Of a DNA stretch of 64,000 nucleotides, positions 51,891-64,000 are shown piece after piece. How positions within the stretch are numbered: the stretch's first letter is position 1; every line of letters starts with the position of its first letter. The stretch is taken from contig MU058198.1 of NCBI GenBank assembly GCA_013265495.1, positions 3,360,419 through 3,424,418 of the forward strand, given 5' to 3'. This stretch comes from Vicugna vicugna (lineage: Eukaryota). Both the position numbers and the translations under genes were made by a program. Under the pieces are notes generated by a model. It had not been told where the DNA came from. It saw nothing but the letters and a program-made list of their open reading frames with translations, and did no database searches.

Positions 51891-52549
51891 AAACAGAATA
51901 TTACACACCACAGGGATTAAAAAATAATAATTAAAAAAACACTTCTTTTTATTTAGCAAACATTTTTATCACTCCTTTTTACCAGGCATTGTGCTGGGGC
52001 CTTGGGACATGGGATAGAAAAGATGTCATCACTGCCTTTCAGTTTATTGGGAGTCAGATAAAGAGATATATCTCTTTGATTTCTGTTGAGTTCTAGCAAA
52101 GATATGACAGACACTAAAGGGTTTCTAACTTGGATAATTTGCTATTGCAGTGTTGCCACTCGAGTATCTACAGAAGCCAGACAGGCAAATGGGCAAAGAA
52201 TGGTAGCTGGGAACTCTGGCAGACTGGGAAGGTATGTAGGAAAGAGTTGCCACAGCTAATAGTTGTTTTTTGGGGTTTTGTTTTTTAAGGAAAAGCCACA
52301 GATCTGAATTTTTATGTGAGCTCTCTTGATTTTTGAGTGCTGTAAATTAATCTAAATTTTATAAAGTGGGTGGCCAAACAAAATACCCCTGCAGGCCAAA
52401 TTTGGCCTTGGCCTACCAGTTTGCCAGGCATTCTGTCAACCAGCAGCCTTCTCTCTTACCAAACCATCAAGGGTCCACTATTTTAGGCACTGGGAAATAG
52501 ATCAGTGGCCCAGCCAGACAACTTTCTTGCAGAATGGGGATTTCTGGAC

Positions 52550-52693
52550 TGTGCTTCTCAAACTTCAGTATACGTAGGAATCACTGGGTAGATTCTGAGT
52601 TGGAGATCTGCGGTGCGCCCTGAAGCTTGGCCTTCCTAACAGGCTCCCAGGTGATGGTGATGCTGGTGGTCCCTGAACCATACTTTGAGTAGC
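52550..52693. mobile_element. MER5A-like DNA transposon (second copy at about 55777-55930)
   Basis: GCTTCTCAAACTT...CTCCCAGGTGATG...GGTCC...ACTTTGAGTAGC. Confidence 0.65.
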
Positions 52694-53079
52694 GTTGCTC
52701 TGTAATCCGGAGAGGCTCAGGAGCAGCTGTTTGAAGGAGAGGAGTAGAGGGGTTGTCATGAAGGTGCATTTGCCTGGAAAGCATCCTTTTTTTACTTAGA
52801 TTTTAGTTTATTGGGGTGACTTTGGAAGAAGTTGATGACTTCGGAGGCGGGTGCTCTGGCTCTCCCAAGCTATCTCTTGGCGCTGCCAGGTCACTGTTCT
52901 GTTTATAAAGTAGAAGGTGGGGTGGGGGTGGAGGAAGCAGCTAGGAAAAGCTTCCTGCAGGAGGTGCACGTGAACTGCCGGAGTTTCCCCGGCTGCCCTG
53001 CAGAGAAAGGGAGAAACCCTGAACTCCCCATCTCCTGGGGCTGGGTCTCCGCCTCCCCACGCTGGGTATGGTTTCCCAG

Positions 53080-53341
53080 GCATCCCACGTGTCTTCCGTC
53101 CTCAAGTACCTGTCAATCAACTTTCCCCCACGGGCTGGATAGGAGTTTAAAGGCGGCTGCGGTGCAGAGCGCTCCCATAGTGCCGCGCGGCGGGCGGGTT
53201 TGGATTTTAAATCCCCGCGGCCAATCAGTAGCGCGTAGGCTTTTGTAACGTTCCCGGCGCCGCGTTTGAATTCGAGGAGGGGCAGAGCGGTGCCAATCCT
53301 CTGCCCAGACCCTGCTAGGTCTGCTGAGCAACTCTGGGAAC
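53080..53341 (+). promoter_or_regulatory. PLK1: PLK1 G2/M promoter with CCAAT box and CDE/CHR element
   Basis: CCAAT 53221-53225; GC-rich CDE-like GGCGCCGCG immediately followed by CHR TTTGAA 53265-53270; E-boxes CACGTG at 53086-53091 and, upstream of this span, 52967-52972; CpG island. Confidence 0.85.
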
Positions 53342-62982
<9,641 letters not shown>

Positions 62983-63260
62983 CCCCCGACCCCCACCAAG
63001 GACTGGCACCTTCCTCTCCCCAACCAGCACCTGGCCCCACGCTGGTCAGCTCCCGTGGTGCTGCTGTATAACGTGCCCCCCAGCCCTGGGGGCTGGGGCG
63101 AGAGCCGGCATCCCTGCGGGTGGGGGCTCTGTGTAAGTTATTTTTGTACATGTTCCGGTGTGGGTTCTGTGTCCTCCTCCCCGTCCCTCTCAACCCCACC
63201 ATATGAATTGTACAGAATATTGCTATTGGATTCGGGACTGTCCTTTCCTTGCCTTTATAC

Positions 63261-63266
63261 ATTAAA
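63261..63266 (+). terminator. PLK1: PLK1 poly(A) signal ATTAAA
   Basis: Hexamer about 280 nt after the stop, followed by a U-rich downstream element (TCCTTTTCTTCTTGTGTT). Confidence 0.75.
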
Positions 63267-63392
63267 CACGTGTGAATCGTCCTTTTCTTCTTGTGTTCCC
63301 TGCGGGGTGCGCGCACCTGGGCCCTGCCCGCACCGTGGCTCCGCCATCCCCGGCCGCCAAGCCTCCGCTGGTGTTCCGCCCGCGGTGGGGGT

Positions 63393-63957
<565 letters not shown>

Positions 63958-64000
63958 CTAGGACCCACAGAGCTCCTGAGCCTCCTGACCAGTGTCGGAG

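Overview
Mammalian genomic DNA, most likely a camelid (it carries tRNA-Ala-derived Vic-1-type SINEs and camelid/cetartiodactyl-type young L1 3' ends). The window is the syntenic PALB2-DCTN5-PLK1-ERN2 block. It holds complete PALB2 (minus strand, 13 exons, 1178 aa), head-to-head DCTN5 (plus, 6 exons, 182 aa), complete PLK1 (plus, 10 exons, 604 aa) and the last three coding exons of ERN2/IRE1beta (minus), converging on PLK1. I checked all exon boundaries and phases by hand and all frames are intact. Introns and intergenic DNA are typical eutherian repeats; repeat family names are recalled, not searched. I found no evidence of a new biological system. The most notable observations are: (1) an internally deleted MER68/ERVL provirus with a gamma-type env remnant, nested in an L1ME and carrying an MLT1B, about 1.6 kb upstream of PLK1; (2) back-to-back poly(A) hexamers between PLK1 and ERN2; (3) a tandem stop that shortens the PALB2 WD40 C-terminus by one residue; (4) a GC-AG intron in PALB2; (5) a polyadenylated LTR retrocopy in PALB2 intron 8; (6) a GGC/GGT repeat next to the PALB2 exon 4 donor.
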